A DNA stretch of 64,000 nt from an uncultured Gammaproteobacteria bacterium (GTDB lineage Bacteria > Patescibacteriota > Microgenomatia > Levybacterales > GWA1-39-11). Position numbers and translations under genes: made by a program. Location: NCBI GenBank assembly GCA_964409875.1, contig CAYPEN010000002.1, forward strand, positions 65,067 through 129,066, in the 5' to 3' direction. The notes beneath the pieces were generated by a model. The model saw nothing but the letters and a program-made list of their open reading frames with translations. It was not told the origin of the DNA and made no database searches. Each line of letters begins with the position of its first letter. The stretch's first letter is position 1. Positions 29,618 through 40,886 of this stretch are shown one piece after another.

Positions 29618-30859
29618 ATGAAAATAACAGACATTCAATCACTCGAAATCCTTGATTCAAGAGGCAATCCCACTGTCAGAACTTTTGTAACTCTTGAGGA
29701 TGGCTCCGTACATGCTTCTTCCGTACCGTCAGGTGCCTCAACAGGCTCACATGAAGCAGTAGAACTCCGTGACGAAGATAAAAACCGATATATGGGTAAG
29801 GGCGTTCAAAAAGCGGTTGAGAATGTAAACACGGTCATCAAAGAGACAATTGTCGGCATGGAAGCAGACCCCAACTCGATAGATGACAAGATGCTTGCAA
29901 CAGACGGTACTTCCAACAAGGCAAAACTCGGTGCCAATGCTATTCTTTCAGTCTCTCAAGCCGTAGTTAAAGCAGCAGCTCATGCATCCGGTCAACCGTT
30001 ATGGAAATTTATGAACTCTTACTACTTCAATTCAAAACCTGTTGGGTTTCCTCAACTTTTGGTAAACATCGTAAATGGCGGCAAGCACGCCTCTTGGAAC
30101 TTTGACATCCAGGAGTTTATGGTTGTTCCTAACTCAAATACACCCTCAGAGTCGGTGAGAATTGCTGCCGAAATATTCCATTCCCTCGGGAAGGTTTTGA
30201 AAGAAAAAAAACTATCAACGCTTCTTGGGGATGAGGGTGGGTACTCTCCTCTGCTTTCTTCAAACGAAGAGGTATTGGAAACAATTGTTACAGCTGCATC
30301 AAACGCAGGATACGAGAATGTTACGGATTACCGGCTATCTCTTGATGTTGCCTCAACCGAATTCTACAAAGACGGCAAATACGAGCTCAAGAAACAAAAC
30401 AAATGGCTAACACCCGAAGAACTGACCGAATACTACTCCAAGATTGGCCAAGAATACAAAATTCTCTCTTTTGAGGATGCGTTTGCCGAAGACGACTGGG
30501 AAGCCTGGACAAAATTCACAACAATGGCTGAGAAGTTTCAATTCATAACCATCGGAGACGACCTTTTAGTCACTAATCCCGAAAGGATTAAGCGGGCAAT
30601 CGACGAAAAAGCAGCAAATGCGGTGCTGGTCAAAGTAAACCAAATCGGCTCAATTAAAGAGACTGCCGAGGCCATAAATATGAGTCACGCTGCAGGGTGG
30701 AAAACCGCAATCTCCCACCGCTCAGGCGAAACCGAAGACTCATTTATCGCAGACTTGGCCTTCGCTTGCGCTTCTGAATTTATAAAAACAGGCTCAATGT
30801 CCCGCTCGGAAAGACTCTCAAAATACAATAGATTGCTCGAAATCGAACAGGGTTTATAA
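29618..30859 (+). CDS. eno: Enolase
   Basis: EILDSRGNPT, VPSGASTG, GDEGG and SHRSGETED motifs. Confidence 0.98.
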   Translation: MKITDIQSLEILDSRGNPTVRTFVTLEDGSVHASSVPSGASTGSHEAVELRDEDKNRYMGKGVQKAVENVNTVIKETIVGMEADPNSIDDKMLATDGTSNKAKLGANAILSVSQAVVKAAAHASGQPLWKFMNSYYFNSKPVGFPQLLVNIVNGGKHASWNFDIQEFMVVPNSNTPSESVRIAAEIFHSLGKVLKEKKLSTLLGDEGGYSPLLSSNEEVLETIVTAASNAGYENVTDYRLSLDVASTEFYKDGKYELKKQNKWLTPEELTEYYSKIGQEYKILSFEDAFAEDDWEAWTKFTTMAEKFQFITIGDDLLVTNPERIKRAIDEKAANAVLVKVNQIGSIKETAEAINMSHAAGWKTAISHRSGETEDSFIADLAFACASEFIKTGSMSRSERLSKYNRLLEIEQGL

Positions 30860-30897
30860 TTGACTAAACCCTAAACGCTGTACATTAAACCTTATCT

Positions 30898-31527
30898 ATG
30901 GCTACGCTTGTTCTTGTCAGACATGGTAAAAGTGAATGGAATGAAAAAGGTCTTTGGACCGGCTGGCGCGATATTCCGCTTGCGCCTGTGGGCCATGATG
31001 AGGCAAGACGGACAGGTGAAGCGTTAACCGACATCAATTTTGATTATGCATATACATCAGCTCTTACACGCGCTCAGCAAACCCTCGATGACATTTTAAA
31101 GACAATCCATCAAACGCCTCCTATCACCAGAAATGAAGCCCTTAATGAACGAGACTATGGCGAGTACACCGAAAAAAACAAATGGGATATACAAAAAGAA
31201 GTCGGTGAGGAAGAATTTCAGAAAATCAGAAGAAGTTGGGATTACCCTCCTCCCAATGGCGAGTCATTAAAAATGGTATACGAGCGAGTACTCCCCTACT
31301 ACCTGTCTGAAATTGAACCAAAACTGAAAGAAGGAAAGAACGTTATCATTGCAGCTCACGGTAATTCTCTTCGCGCGTTAGTTAAGCACTTAGAGAATAT
31401 TTCCGATGAAGAAATTGCAAACCTAGAAATCGGGACCGGCGAGGCCTATATATACCATATCGATGAAAACGGCAAGGTTGTACATAAAGAAATTCGTGGA
31501 GAAAATGTAAATAAAGGAAAAGTCTAA
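30898..31527 (+). CDS. gpmA: 2,3-BPG-dependent phosphoglycerate mutase
   Basis: LVRHG.SEWN, LNERDYG and AAHGNSLRA motifs. Confidence 0.95.
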   Translation: MATLVLVRHGKSEWNEKGLWTGWRDIPLAPVGHDEARRTGEALTDINFDYAYTSALTRAQQTLDDILKTIHQTPPITRNEALNERDYGEYTEKNKWDIQKEVGEEEFQKIRRSWDYPPPNGESLKMVYERVLPYYLSEIEPKLKEGKNVIIAAHGNSLRALVKHLENISDEEIANLEIGTGEAYIYHIDENGKVVHKEIRGENVNKGKV

Positions 31528-31599
31528 TTTTCCAAAAAATTGCTTCAATTGTGATGAAAATCACGAATATTTTTCATACTCCTGTTGTATAATATTTAT

Positions 31600-32211
31600 A
31601 TGAAAATCATTGTGGGGCTTGGAAATCCGGGTGAAAAATACATCGGTACCAGACATAATATTGGATTTGAAACGCTTGATCACCTTCTTAAAAAATACGA
31701 ACCACTCAAAGAAAGCAGCTGGGAAAATAGCAAAAAGACAAAGTCACAAGTAAAAAAACTTACCATCAATAACATCCCTACTCTTCTAGCGCAGCCTCAA
31801 ACCTATATGAATAACAGTGGCATGGCTGTCAGCCTTTTACTTGATTACTACAAAGTCAAGCCTCAGGACCTTATTGTTATCCATGACGAACTCGATTTAC
31901 CGCTCGGAAAACTCCAAATACGCTTCGGGGGAGGTTCTGCCGGTCACAATGGAATTGAATCGATTATTGGCGCGCTTAAGACTGACAAATTCTTAAGAAT
32001 CAGGATGGGAATAGGAAAGCCAACTCGTATTGATAGTTCAAAATTTGAAGCAAAAAATCCTCATTCGGTTGATCAATATGTACTTCAACCTTTCCAAAAT
32101 GGGGAACGTCAAGAAGTAAGGACAATGATAAAACACGTACAGAAAAATCTTGAATTACTTCTCTCTCATGGAATTGAATCATTTATGAGCAAGTATAATG
32201 TGAAAGCGTAA
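31600..32211 (+). CDS. pth: Peptidyl-tRNA hydrolase
   Basis: IVGLGNPG, TRHNIGF, TYMNNSG, HDELD and GHNG motifs. Confidence 0.97.
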   Translation: MKIIVGLGNPGEKYIGTRHNIGFETLDHLLKKYEPLKESSWENSKKTKSQVKKLTINNIPTLLAQPQTYMNNSGMAVSLLLDYYKVKPQDLIVIHDELDLPLGKLQIRFGGGSAGHNGIESIIGALKTDKFLRIRMGIGKPTRIDSSKFEAKNPHSVDQYVLQPFQNGERQEVRTMIKHVQKNLELLLSHGIESFMSKYNVKA

Positions 32212-32247
32212 CGTTAAAATTCACCGCTTATCACTCTAAACACCAGG

Positions 32248-34197
32248 CTATGGATTCACTTCCTGCCATTTGGTGTATGAGGTCTTGTAAAAGTCTGTCA
32301 GCTGAGTAATAAAGTCGGGCCGTGAGGCAACAAAAAGCGACGGATAGGTTGTGCTGTTTGCACAGACACTTCTCTTGTTCTGTATTGTCCCCGTACCGAT
32401 AGTAGAAAACGGCTTGAGAGAATTAGATATCAATGCCCCTCCTACATTTAGCCGAAGGTCAGGTGTGGTACCGTCGGGACAGGTATCACCGTCAAGTATA
32501 ATGCTTCCTTGCGCCGTATAGTATCCGTCCAGACTATGAGTATTTGCCGTACCAAGCACATAATCTGTGTTGTAGGCAACTCCAACAGCTTTTGCTACCG
32601 TAATATTTCCTTTTGCAGCTAAAATAAATACTCCCTGATTTTGCGCAATTACAATAGGAGTATTAATTGTCACATTCCCATCAACCAATAGAACGACTCT
32701 CCTACCGTTGACGTGGTTGTAGAGATTGATTGTTAAGTCACCGGCAGCCTCATACACCCCACTCCCGGTGATTTGAGTCTGATCGAATGTGCCGGTTGCA
32801 ATTTGAGTAACCGTGGTTCCAAGCTGGCTTGCCTTGGACTTGTAGAAGTCGTACGACATGCCTCCATTACGGTTTTCCGTATCTGCATTATATGAATATT
32901 CGTTGTTAATAACCCAATTTTTTTGTGACGCAGTCCCAAATCCCAAATTTGCATTGCTATTGGAAGAGTAATAAATACCCGGATATGTTGTATCTATTGA
33001 TCCTAATTTGCCGGTAGGAACGGGATTGGTAAGGTTCAAAAATCTTACATCCCCCTTATCCGTCTGGAACCAGGGATTAATAGGGGCAATACAAAAAGTA
33101 GCGGTTGCATTTGCCGACAATGGGCTGAAGCTTATCGGGTTATTTCCAGGAATGGATTGAACCCCATTCAGCGCAGTACCTGTAAGAGTATAACCGGAAG
33201 GAACAGAGACTGTAAGTTGATAATTTCCACCCGATATACAGGTAAATGAAGCCTGACCGCTTGCAGGGTTTGTAGTTTGATTTTGATTCACTGACCCTCC
33301 GTTGAGATTGAGCCTTGCGCCATTTCCAACCCCATCGTTGTATGCCGTTCCATCTGTAGGAGCACACGAGCTAGTAGTCGTCACGGAACGGACATTAGTC
33401 GTTATTGTATAGGTAGCAGGAACGGTAATGTTGGCACTATAGTTCGTTGAACCTCCAGGACCGGCTACGGTTACCTGTGGAGCATATGTTTTTTGAGCGT
33501 CAGGACAGTTGGGAGCTGTCCATGTAACTGTCGAGCTGGTGGGGGTATCTGTTTGCCCAGAAACTGTAGGTGGCGGATTATTTCCATTGGTGTCCGGATT
33601 CCATACCGGCCCCGGAGGCGGAAGATTGATATCAGTACATGATGTGACTGATAAAGTCGCAGTACCTCCCGGTTGGACATTTAAAGAAGTGGAACTCATT
33701 CCTCCCGTACATGCAGGTGGAGGAACGAGTTGGATTCCAAAATTCACAACCGAATTAGGGCCAATAGTAACTGAACGTGGATTTGCCGTGGTTGCCTGAT
33801 ATCCGCTCGGGACTGTGAGAGTAACGCTGTATGTTCCCGCCACCATTGATGCTCTGGAATAATTACCGGCAGCATTTGTAAACGTATCTACTCCTCCCAC
33901 ATTAACAGTTGCATTATTGTAGCCGCTTTCCCCTACATCTTTAAATCCGTTTCCGTTTGTATCCACATAAACATTTCCAGAGATTGTATATGTCGGATTA
34001 CAAAGGCCAGTCCCGTTATTGCATCCACCTGCGCAAGGCAAACAAGAGGTTCCAGAACAAGTATTTCCCGAGCAAGACTGGCCACCCGAACAAAAAGGGG
34101 CAATAGGAAAGCAGTATTGAGCCTCTATTTTTACTGGTAGTGCCAACAGAAGCCAAACTGTGCCTATATAAAGAAGTACTATTACTCCTCTTTTCAT
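32248..34197 (-). CDS. Secreted surface protein with Cys-rich N-terminus and SdrD-B-like domain
   Basis: Signal peptide, Cys-rich segment, ISGNVYVDTNGNG.KD.GE motif and beta-rich C-terminal domain. Confidence 0.75.
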   Translation of the reverse strand: MKRGVIVLLYIGTVWLLLALPVKIEAQYCFPIAPFCSGGQSCSGNTCSGTSCLPCAGGCNNGTGLCNPTYTISGNVYVDTNGNGFKDVGESGYNNATVNVGGVDTFTNAAGNYSRASMVAGTYSVTLTVPSGYQATTANPRSVTIGPNSVVNFGIQLVPPPACTGGMSSTSLNVQPGGTATLSVTSCTDINLPPPGPVWNPDTNGNNPPPTVSGQTDTPTSSTVTWTAPNCPDAQKTYAPQVTVAGPGGSTNYSANITVPATYTITTNVRSVTTTSSCAPTDGTAYNDGVGNGARLNLNGGSVNQNQTTNPASGQASFTCISGGNYQLTVSVPSGYTLTGTALNGVQSIPGNNPISFSPLSANATATFCIAPINPWFQTDKGDVRFLNLTNPVPTGKLGSIDTTYPGIYYSSNSNANLGFGTASQKNWVINNEYSYNADTENRNGGMSYDFYKSKASQLGTTVTQIATGTFDQTQITGSGVYEAAGDLTINLYNHVNGRRVVLLVDGNVTINTPIVIAQNQGVFILAAKGNITVAKAVGVAYNTDYVLGTANTHSLDGYYTAQGSIILDGDTCPDGTTPDLRLNVGGALISNSLKPFSTIGTGTIQNKRSVCANSTTYPSLFVASRPDFITQLTDFYKTSYTKWQEVNP

Positions 34198-34305
34198 ATC
34201 AATTTACTTATCCTTCCCACTAAATTAATAGTAGGCAACTTAATAAGCCTTGTCAATGAACTTAATTGACATTATCAAGCTACCAACGTATTATGTGAAC
34301 ATAAT

Positions 34306-35112
34306 ATGAAAAAAGGCGGCAGGAATTATTTTTCGTTTGTCAAAAAGCTGCGGTTTGTTGATTACCTACTAATTATTATTTTTCTTCTGATGCTTGTGTT
34401 GTTCTATAGATTTATACGGCGCGAGCAAGTTTGGGTCAATGCAACTGCTCTATCTTACTCAAATATTTTCCAGACAAGCGTCATTCATAAAGGTGATTTT
34501 GAAACAGATTCATCAGGAAAGAAAATCGCTGTCGTTGAAGATGTGGAATCAGTTGACACCCCACCACTTAATGGCAACCAGTTCCAAAATAAAATTTTAA
34601 TTCTTCGAGTCAAAATGCTTGCAGATCAAAGCAAAAGAACAAGTCAAATCCAATATAAAAATCAACCGCTAGGTGTAAGCTCTCAGGTTCAATTTAATTT
34701 CAATTCATCTATCGTTCAAGGTTATATTTCTGAAATAGAAGGAAGCGAAACCTCAAGAAAATATGAAACTAAATTGTTAACTGTAATACTTTACAACCAA
34801 TGGCCTTGGTTTGCTGATGCAATTAAAGTTGGCTCTACTGCGACAGATTCAAATGGGGAAAAAATTGTGGAGGTTCTTTCTAAAGATAGCTCGCCAACTC
34901 AGGTAGTAAATACAACCGCCACCGGAGAAGTTATGGAACTTATCGGTTCATCAAAGGTAGACATTACGCTTCATATCAGAACAAAGCTTCAAAAAACCAA
35001 CGAAGGATATATTTTCTTAGGATACAATAACGTCCTCGTAGGCAAACCCATCTCATTTGCATTGGATAATGTACAAATAAGTAACGCCGTTGTAACTACA
35101 ATAGAAAAATAG
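34306..35112 (+). CDS. Membrane-anchored hypothetical protein with two repeated beta domains (DUF4330-like)
   Basis: N-terminal TM and internal repeat (IHKGD...GKKIAVV / IKVGS...GEKIVEV). Confidence 0.55.
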   Translation: MKKGGRNYFSFVKKLRFVDYLLIIIFLLMLVLFYRFIRREQVWVNATALSYSNIFQTSVIHKGDFETDSSGKKIAVVEDVESVDTPPLNGNQFQNKILILRVKMLADQSKRTSQIQYKNQPLGVSSQVQFNFNSSIVQGYISEIEGSETSRKYETKLLTVILYNQWPWFADAIKVGSTATDSNGEKIVEVLSKDSSPTQVVNTTATGEVMELIGSSKVDITLHIRTKLQKTNEGYIFLGYNNVLVGKPISFALDNVQISNAVVTTIEK

Positions 35113-35114
35113 CT

Positions 35115-36659
35115 ATGCTCCAAAGCTATCTATTCTCAAACATTAAGAATGCTCTATCAAAAAGCTATTTCCTAAATTTTTTGATTAATCAGGTTGATGT
35201 TAAAGAAGAATTAAAATATGAAAGTGTAATTATAGACTCGTTTTATAAGCCAATAGTACATATAAATTCACTCCTCGACAGGATTGCAAATCATACTTAT
35301 ATAAAAGCTTTATCCAGACGAATTGACCTCAAATCAGTAGTCATTTTTGTTTTTATCGTAAGCCAAGTCCTCTTCCCCGGCTATGGGACTGAAAACACCG
35401 GTACCGCTCTTCTTCCTGGAAGCCCAGTGGGTAGTGTTGCTAACAGGTCAGGTTTTGTACTAAATTTACTTGTTTTTTTTATCACCCTTTCATCTCTTGG
35501 TATAATCTTTTTGAAAGATATAACAAAAAATTCAAAAGCTTTCAGGTTATCTAAATTTGATGTTCTGATATTAATTTTTATTTTAAGTATTGCTGTCTCA
35601 TCTATTTTTAGCGTTTACCCCAATATTACATTTACCTGGTTCCTTAAAGTTCTACGAGGAATTTCAATGTATTTTATTTTCTCAAGGCTAATCATCAAAA
35701 AAGGTCATACCCTTACTATCTGCCTTGCATTTCTTTCTATAATCTATATTGAATCCTTTCTTGCCATTTTCCAATATATACATGGTGGTTTTGTCGGCCT
35801 TCCAATTGAAACAGCACAGAATGCAGCCAGCCCAAATCAACTTTATGCTTTTATTGATTTTCCGGTTTTTCGACCCACTGGAACTTTATCACAAGCAAAT
35901 ATATTAACCTTCATATTGGCTTTGGCAGCACCATTTTCTGTATTCTTCATAATCTCTGATAAGTTTATTTACAAAATTTTAGGAATTGTGGCGCTCTTAC
36001 TAAGTGTTTGCATATCTATTATCTCATTATCGAGATGGGGATTTCTAACTTTAATATTTAGTTTGTTCTTATCTTTGTCGTTTTTATTCTTTAGAAAAAT
36101 CATTAGGTCGAAAATAAATTGGGGCATAAGGATTTTATCTGTCTTAACCATCGCAATCATTACTTTATTTTCTTTCCAGTACCTATTTGTATCGAGATTT
36201 GCTTATTTTTCTTTTGTAGATTCAAGCTTCACCGCAAGAATGCAGCTCATAACTCAAGCTTTGTATGTATTTAGTCATAACGTTCTATTTGGAATAGGTG
36301 GCAAAAATTTCTCAACATACCTAATAAGTCATGACTTTACACCACTACATATTTCTTCTACTTTTCCTGCGCCTGTTCACAACCTATATTTTCTCTTGCT
36401 CTCTGAAAATGGACTTCTAACAACTATTCTTTTTATTATTTCATCTATATATCTAGTAACCACTATTTTTAATACTGTAGGAAAGGTCAAGATAATCACT
36501 AACTTACCTGCAATATTCATACTTACACTATTAGCCTCCATCGTTACTTATCTGTTTAATGGCTTATGGGAGTTAAGATTTCTCGATGAACATTTGATTA
36601 TTATATACTGGATGATGATAGGAATATGCTTTAATCGTTCTCCCCTACTCAACAACTGA
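35115..36659 (+). CDS. O-antigen ligase/polymerase family protein
   Basis: RPTGTLSQAN, SLSR, FGIGGKNF and PVHNLYFLLLSENG motifs. Confidence 0.85.
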   Translation: MLQSYLFSNIKNALSKSYFLNFLINQVDVKEELKYESVIIDSFYKPIVHINSLLDRIANHTYIKALSRRIDLKSVVIFVFIVSQVLFPGYGTENTGTALLPGSPVGSVANRSGFVLNLLVFFITLSSLGIIFLKDITKNSKAFRLSKFDVLILIFILSIAVSSIFSVYPNITFTWFLKVLRGISMYFIFSRLIIKKGHTLTICLAFLSIIYIESFLAIFQYIHGGFVGLPIETAQNAASPNQLYAFIDFPVFRPTGTLSQANILTFILALAAPFSVFFIISDKFIYKILGIVALLLSVCISIISLSRWGFLTLIFSLFLSLSFLFFRKIIRSKINWGIRILSVLTIAIITLFSFQYLFVSRFAYFSFVDSSFTARMQLITQALYVFSHNVLFGIGGKNFSTYLISHDFTPLHISSTFPAPVHNLYFLLLSENGLLTTILFIISSIYLVTTIFNTVGKVKIITNLPAIFILTLLASIVTYLFNGLWELRFLDEHLIIIYWMMIGICFNRSPLLNN

Positions 36660-37562
36660 TGCATACATTTTCCCCATAAAATATACAACTTCTTGAAGGA
36701 AATAGAGAAAGCTTAGTTTTAAAACATTTATATAACTATTCTCTTTTGAAGCGTATAAGAAAAAGCTATCTACTCTACTTGTCCACCATAACGATTTTCT
36801 TTGAGGAAAATAACTTTTGGACCATAATTTTTGAGTCTTCTTAGTTTCAATACCCGAAAAAAATTTCTGTTTCATAAATGCCCAAATCGTTTCTCTTTCC
36901 CAGTGATAAACTTTTATAAAAGAACAAAAACCTATTATTTTATTTCTGGATAATATTTGTTTTGAAAATTCAAGATCCTCTGCATGCTTGAAGCTGGTAT
37001 TAAAAGTAAGACCAATTTTTTTTAATTCTTTAAAATTAAAAGATACATTTCTAGTATCAAGAAACAAAGAATAAAAATATTTGTTATTTTTATTTATTAA
37101 GTCTGCATGAGAGATTCCATTCTCTCCATAATAAATATTATCCCTATAAACTTGCTCTCTTATATTTGTAACGACTATGCTAATTGGCGAATTTCGAGGG
37201 CGACTCACTACCCAGCCTTGGATTGCTAGAAATTGTGGAAACTGTCTGTGTGATTTCTTAATATTTTCTGTCCACGTAGAAAAAGCCTCACAGTCATCAT
37301 CAATAAAAGCCAAAATTGAACATTTTGCGACCTTTAAAACTCTATTTCTTGCATTGGCTCGTCCCACTTGATGCTCAACTAAAAAATCAATTTCCAGTCT
37401 ATTTTTAAATGAATCTATAATTTCCTGAGTTTCATCAGTTGAATTATTGTCAACTATTAAAACATTAAAAGTATTGTCTATTTGTCGGGTTAACGACTCC
37501 AAACACCTTCTTAATTTGTATGCCCTATTTCTAGTTATTATCGCGATTGTTAAATCATTCAT
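36645..37562 (-). CDS. GT2 family glycosyltransferase
   Basis: IVDNNSTD, ARN and AFIDDDC motifs. Confidence 0.9.
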   Translation of the reverse strand: MNDLTIAIITRNRAYKLRRCLESLTRQIDNTFNVLIVDNNSTDETQEIIDSFKNRLEIDFLVEHQVGRANARNRVLKVAKCSILAFIDDDCEAFSTWTENIKKSHRQFPQFLAIQGWVVSRPRNSPISIVVTNIREQVYRDNIYYGENGISHADLINKNNKYFYSLFLDTRNVSFNFKELKKIGLTFNTSFKHAEDLEFSKQILSRNKIIGFCSFIKVYHWERETIWAFMKQKFFSGIETKKTQKLWSKSYFPQRKSLWWTSRVDSFFLYASKENSYINVLKLSFLYFLQEVVYFMGKMYASVVE

Positions 37563-38999
37563 TTAATATCCAACTGATCGTAGATTTTCCAGCACTATAT
37601 CTCTATCTTCTTTAATTTCTGCCATATTACCCTTTAATTTCTCTTTTTTTGATTTTTTATAAAAGTCTAACCTTTTATCATTTAAACGTGAAATAATTAC
37701 ATCTAATTCTCTCTTTAAATCTTCTGCAAGACCACTCTTTTTAATTACTAGATTATCTTTCTCATCTGGATCTTTTCCCAAATCAAACATCTCATAATTA
37801 CAATTTAAACGACCTCTATTAGGCATTAATGAATAGAGATATTTTCTATTTCCACTTAAAGTTTCGATAAATTTATAATTACCTTTTCTTATTCCTCTTC
37901 TACGAGTATTTGCTGGAAAGTTAATTTTTCGATAGGTTAAATCTTCAAAAAAGGATGTTTCCCTCAATGGCTTATCTTTTATTAATAAAGGGATTAAGGA
38001 TTTGCCATCGATCTTTTTAGTATCATAACCTATCCCACAAAAATCTAATATAGTCGGGTAATTATCTATTAGTTGTACCTGAGACTTTATCTTTTTTGGA
38101 TTTAGAGTCTTGCTCATGAATATCAACGGAACTCTTAATACATCTTCATAAAGATTTTCATGATTAAACGGTATATCATGTTCATGCAGATTTTCTCCAT
38201 GATCTGCCATAAATATAATTAACGAATTATCATAACTGTTTGTCTCTTTCAGAAAACGTATAAATCTACCCATCTCTTTATCAATAAAATTAACTTCAGC
38301 ATTATACGTTGCTTCAATATTATCTTTAAGATATGACTTCAAACCTCTTGGTTTTGTATGTGGAGAATGAGCATCCCACAAATGCATATATAAAAAGAGC
38401 TTATTTTTTTTATTTTTTTTGAGTATTTTAATTGCCTCATCAATTATTAAATTTGCTGAATCGTATGGAATTTGTGGATTAGGGAAAAATGCATAATAAA
38501 AACGAATAAAAATTTCTCTTTTCAAAAATTTAACAGCTATCTTATCCAGTATTCGTAAAATTAGAGGAAAAGGAAGTTTATCAAATATGGGATATGTCTT
38601 TCCTTTACCCGTCTTAAGCCTTCCCGAATAATAATCAAACCCTCTTTTATGCCATCTGCCCAACCAGTCAATTGCGGCTGTCCTATATCCGTTTTTTTGA
38701 AAAATTTCAGATAAAAAAATAGCATTATCTAATGCTTTTTCTTCCTCTGATGATATATGAAACCCATGGTTTATCAACCCAAGTCTTAGCGGATACAAAC
38801 CACTCATTGTCGAGCTAATTGAAGGATCCGTTGCTGTAATAGTAGTATATGCATTAAGAAAAACTACACCCTCGCTACCAAACTTATCGATATTTGGTGT
38901 TGGTGATGGTTTTGCTCCATATAATCCAACGTTTTTCGCCCTTAATGTATCGGCTATTACGAGAATAACTTTATCGAATTTATACTTTTTCCTACTCAT
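37563..38999 (-). CDS. Sulfatase-like (alkaline phosphatase superfamily) protein with Thr at the nucleophile position
   Basis: DTLRA, TDPS, DAHSP and ADHGE motifs; C-terminal LRSVGY. Confidence 0.85.
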   Translation of the reverse strand: MSRKKYKFDKVILVIADTLRAKNVGLYGAKPSPTPNIDKFGSEGVVFLNAYTTITATDPSISSTMSGLYPLRLGLINHGFHISSEEEKALDNAIFLSEIFQKNGYRTAAIDWLGRWHKRGFDYYSGRLKTGKGKTYPIFDKLPFPLILRILDKIAVKFLKREIFIRFYYAFFPNPQIPYDSANLIIDEAIKILKKNKKNKLFLYMHLWDAHSPHTKPRGLKSYLKDNIEATYNAEVNFIDKEMGRFIRFLKETNSYDNSLIIFMADHGENLHEHDIPFNHENLYEDVLRVPLIFMSKTLNPKKIKSQVQLIDNYPTILDFCGIGYDTKKIDGKSLIPLLIKDKPLRETSFFEDLTYRKINFPANTRRRGIRKGNYKFIETLSGNRKYLYSLMPNRGRLNCNYEMFDLGKDPDEKDNLVIKKSGLAEDLKRELDVIISRLNDKRLDFYKKSKKEKLKGNMAEIKEDRDIVLENLRSVGY

Positions 39000-39014
39000 T
39001 TTGAGGTAATTCTA

Positions 39015-39758
39015 TCATAGTTGTTTTAATAGATGGAGCGGTATTCTAACCAAAAAGATGGTATTTCCTAATAAATACCGTTTCCACATACGTCTTGGTT
39101 CTTTATAAAATCTATAAAGCCATTCGAGCCCATTTGATGTCATTATTTTAGGTGCCCTAGGGACAACACCGGCAATTATATCTATTGAGCCACCTATACC
39201 AAAAAATGCATTAGCTTCAATTTTATTTTTATATTTCTCTATCCATACTTCTTGCATTGGTGTCCCCATCGCAACAAAAAGAATTTTGGGTTTTATTTTG
39301 TTGATGTCAGCTATAATTTGCTTTGTCTCATTTTTAGAAAAATATCCATGATGGCCATAAATTTTTAGGCTAGGAAACGTAGTTTTTAAATTTCTTAGAG
39401 CTTTTTCGGATACCTCTTCTCTACCTCCCAACAAGTATATTCTCCATTTTTTCTTCTCACATGTCTTAAAAACATTGAAAATAAAATCCATTAAAGTTGT
39501 TTTTCCTTTTAAAGGATTTCCTAGTATTCTGGAAGTTAAAACAGTAGCTATCCCCTCTGGATAGACGAAAGTTGCATTATTTAGCGCTTGTCGATAAGTA
39601 GGGTCTTTATAATAAAAGTTAATTGAATGAGAATTGGCACCATATACTGTTACTTTTTTATCGAGGCTTATGAGTCCAAAAATTATTGGAACTACATTCA
39701 TGAGGGTTACATTTGCAACGTCTACACCTAAAATATTTTTTGTGTCATATCTCAACAT
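39015..39758 (-). CDS. WecB/TagA/CpsF family glycosyltransferase
   Basis: FVAMGTPMQE, GIGGSID, RAP and GLEWLYR..EPRR motifs. Confidence 0.93.
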   Translation of the reverse strand: MLRYDTKNILGVDVANVTLMNVVPIIFGLISLDKKVTVYGANSHSINFYYKDPTYRQALNNATFVYPEGIATVLTSRILGNPLKGKTTLMDFIFNVFKTCEKKKWRIYLLGGREEVSEKALRNLKTTFPSLKIYGHHGYFSKNETKQIIADINKIKPKILFVAMGTPMQEVWIEKYKNKIEANAFFGIGGSIDIIAGVVPRAPKIMTSNGLEWLYRFYKEPRRMWKRYLLGNTIFLVRIPLHLLKQL

Positions 39759-39844
39759 ATGATCTGATTTGCTATAAATTTACAATCTTACAGAATTTTA
39801 AACTTAATACTTTATACTAGAATCTTATACTTTCCATTTTATAC

Positions 39845-40849
39845 TTATTGATTGCATGGCACCAATTTGGTCTTAATTAAATACTGGAAAAGATCATCAA
39901 CTATTACCTTGTACCCATCGGCTGTTGGATGATTATCATTTAAAAAATATTTGTGGTTGTTATATATGTTCGGGATTTTATCATAAATGTAAATCGACCG
40001 TCTGGATTTGGAAAATGAGTTTAAAACTTCAAAATACTGACTTTTTAATGTTGGGAATGAAAAGACGACTAAATTTCCTTCATAATATTTATTAAGAAGA
40101 TTAAAATTGCTTTTTTGGATATTCAATATTGCATGTTCACCACCAAGCTCTTGTAAAATAGAATCAATTGACCTTCTCCAGGGTATATGCATGATAGTAT
40201 TTCCTATTATGTCTTGTTGCCTGTTTAATTCCTTTTCCTTCTTAATTTCTTTACTCAATCTTGGAACCAACATTTCATTTATTCTTAAAAAATCGTTATC
40301 AATTACAAACCATAGAACCAAATCTGGATGATATTTTAAGCCTTTAATTTTATACCTTTCTACCACATATCTTATATCGTATCCTCCAACCCCCAAATTT
40401 ATAACTTGGTAATCTTTTAGTTGGTTGTTTTTGCAAGTTGTATTTAACTGTGCCTCGAGCTGAGACGGATAATTATCGGTGGTATTTATATTTTGCCCAT
40501 AGGTAAAAGAGTCACCTATTGTTAATATTCTAAATGTTTGATTGGGCTTTTCTTCTGTATAATCACTTAATTGATTTAATCCATCCTTGTTTATATAATT
40601 CTCAATTTTCTCTCCTTGACGGTATCCTAATTGCTTTAAAAAATTTGAATCAATCGATAATTTTCCTGGTTTAGGCTCATAGAAATATTTCAGTCCATCA
40701 TTCGGATTAAAAATATAATCTTTTGATTCCAAGGGTGAGATCGTAATGCTACTCGAAGTGATTTTCCTATAAATAAATATTATTAATATAATAAATATAG
40801 ATAACAAGAAAACATAAAAATAAAATATTATTCTCCGTTTCACTTTCAA
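39845..40849 (-). CDS. Membrane-anchored SGNH/GDSL hydrolase family protein
   Basis: IGDSFTYG, NLGVGGY and DNHPT motifs. Confidence 0.88.
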   Translation of the reverse strand: MKVKRRIIFYFYVFLLSIFIILIIFIYRKITSSSITISPLESKDYIFNPNDGLKYFYEPKPGKLSIDSNFLKQLGYRQGEKIENYINKDGLNQLSDYTEEKPNQTFRILTIGDSFTYGQNINTTDNYPSQLEAQLNTTCKNNQLKDYQVINLGVGGYDIRYVVERYKIKGLKYHPDLVLWFVIDNDFLRINEMLVPRLSKEIKKEKELNRQQDIIGNTIMHIPWRRSIDSILQELGGEHAILNIQKSNFNLLNKYYEGNLVVFSFPTLKSQYFEVLNSFSKSRRSIYIYDKIPNIYNNHKYFLNDNHPTADGYKVIVDDLFQYLIKTKLVPCNQ

Positions 40850-40886
40850 AAAAGAATAACACAGACGAAAAATATCTACAAGAAAC

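Noticed and set aside
39798-39832. Weak period-7 pattern (TTAAACT TAATACT TTATACT)
   Set aside because: It is too degenerate in very AT-rich DNA to distinguish from background.
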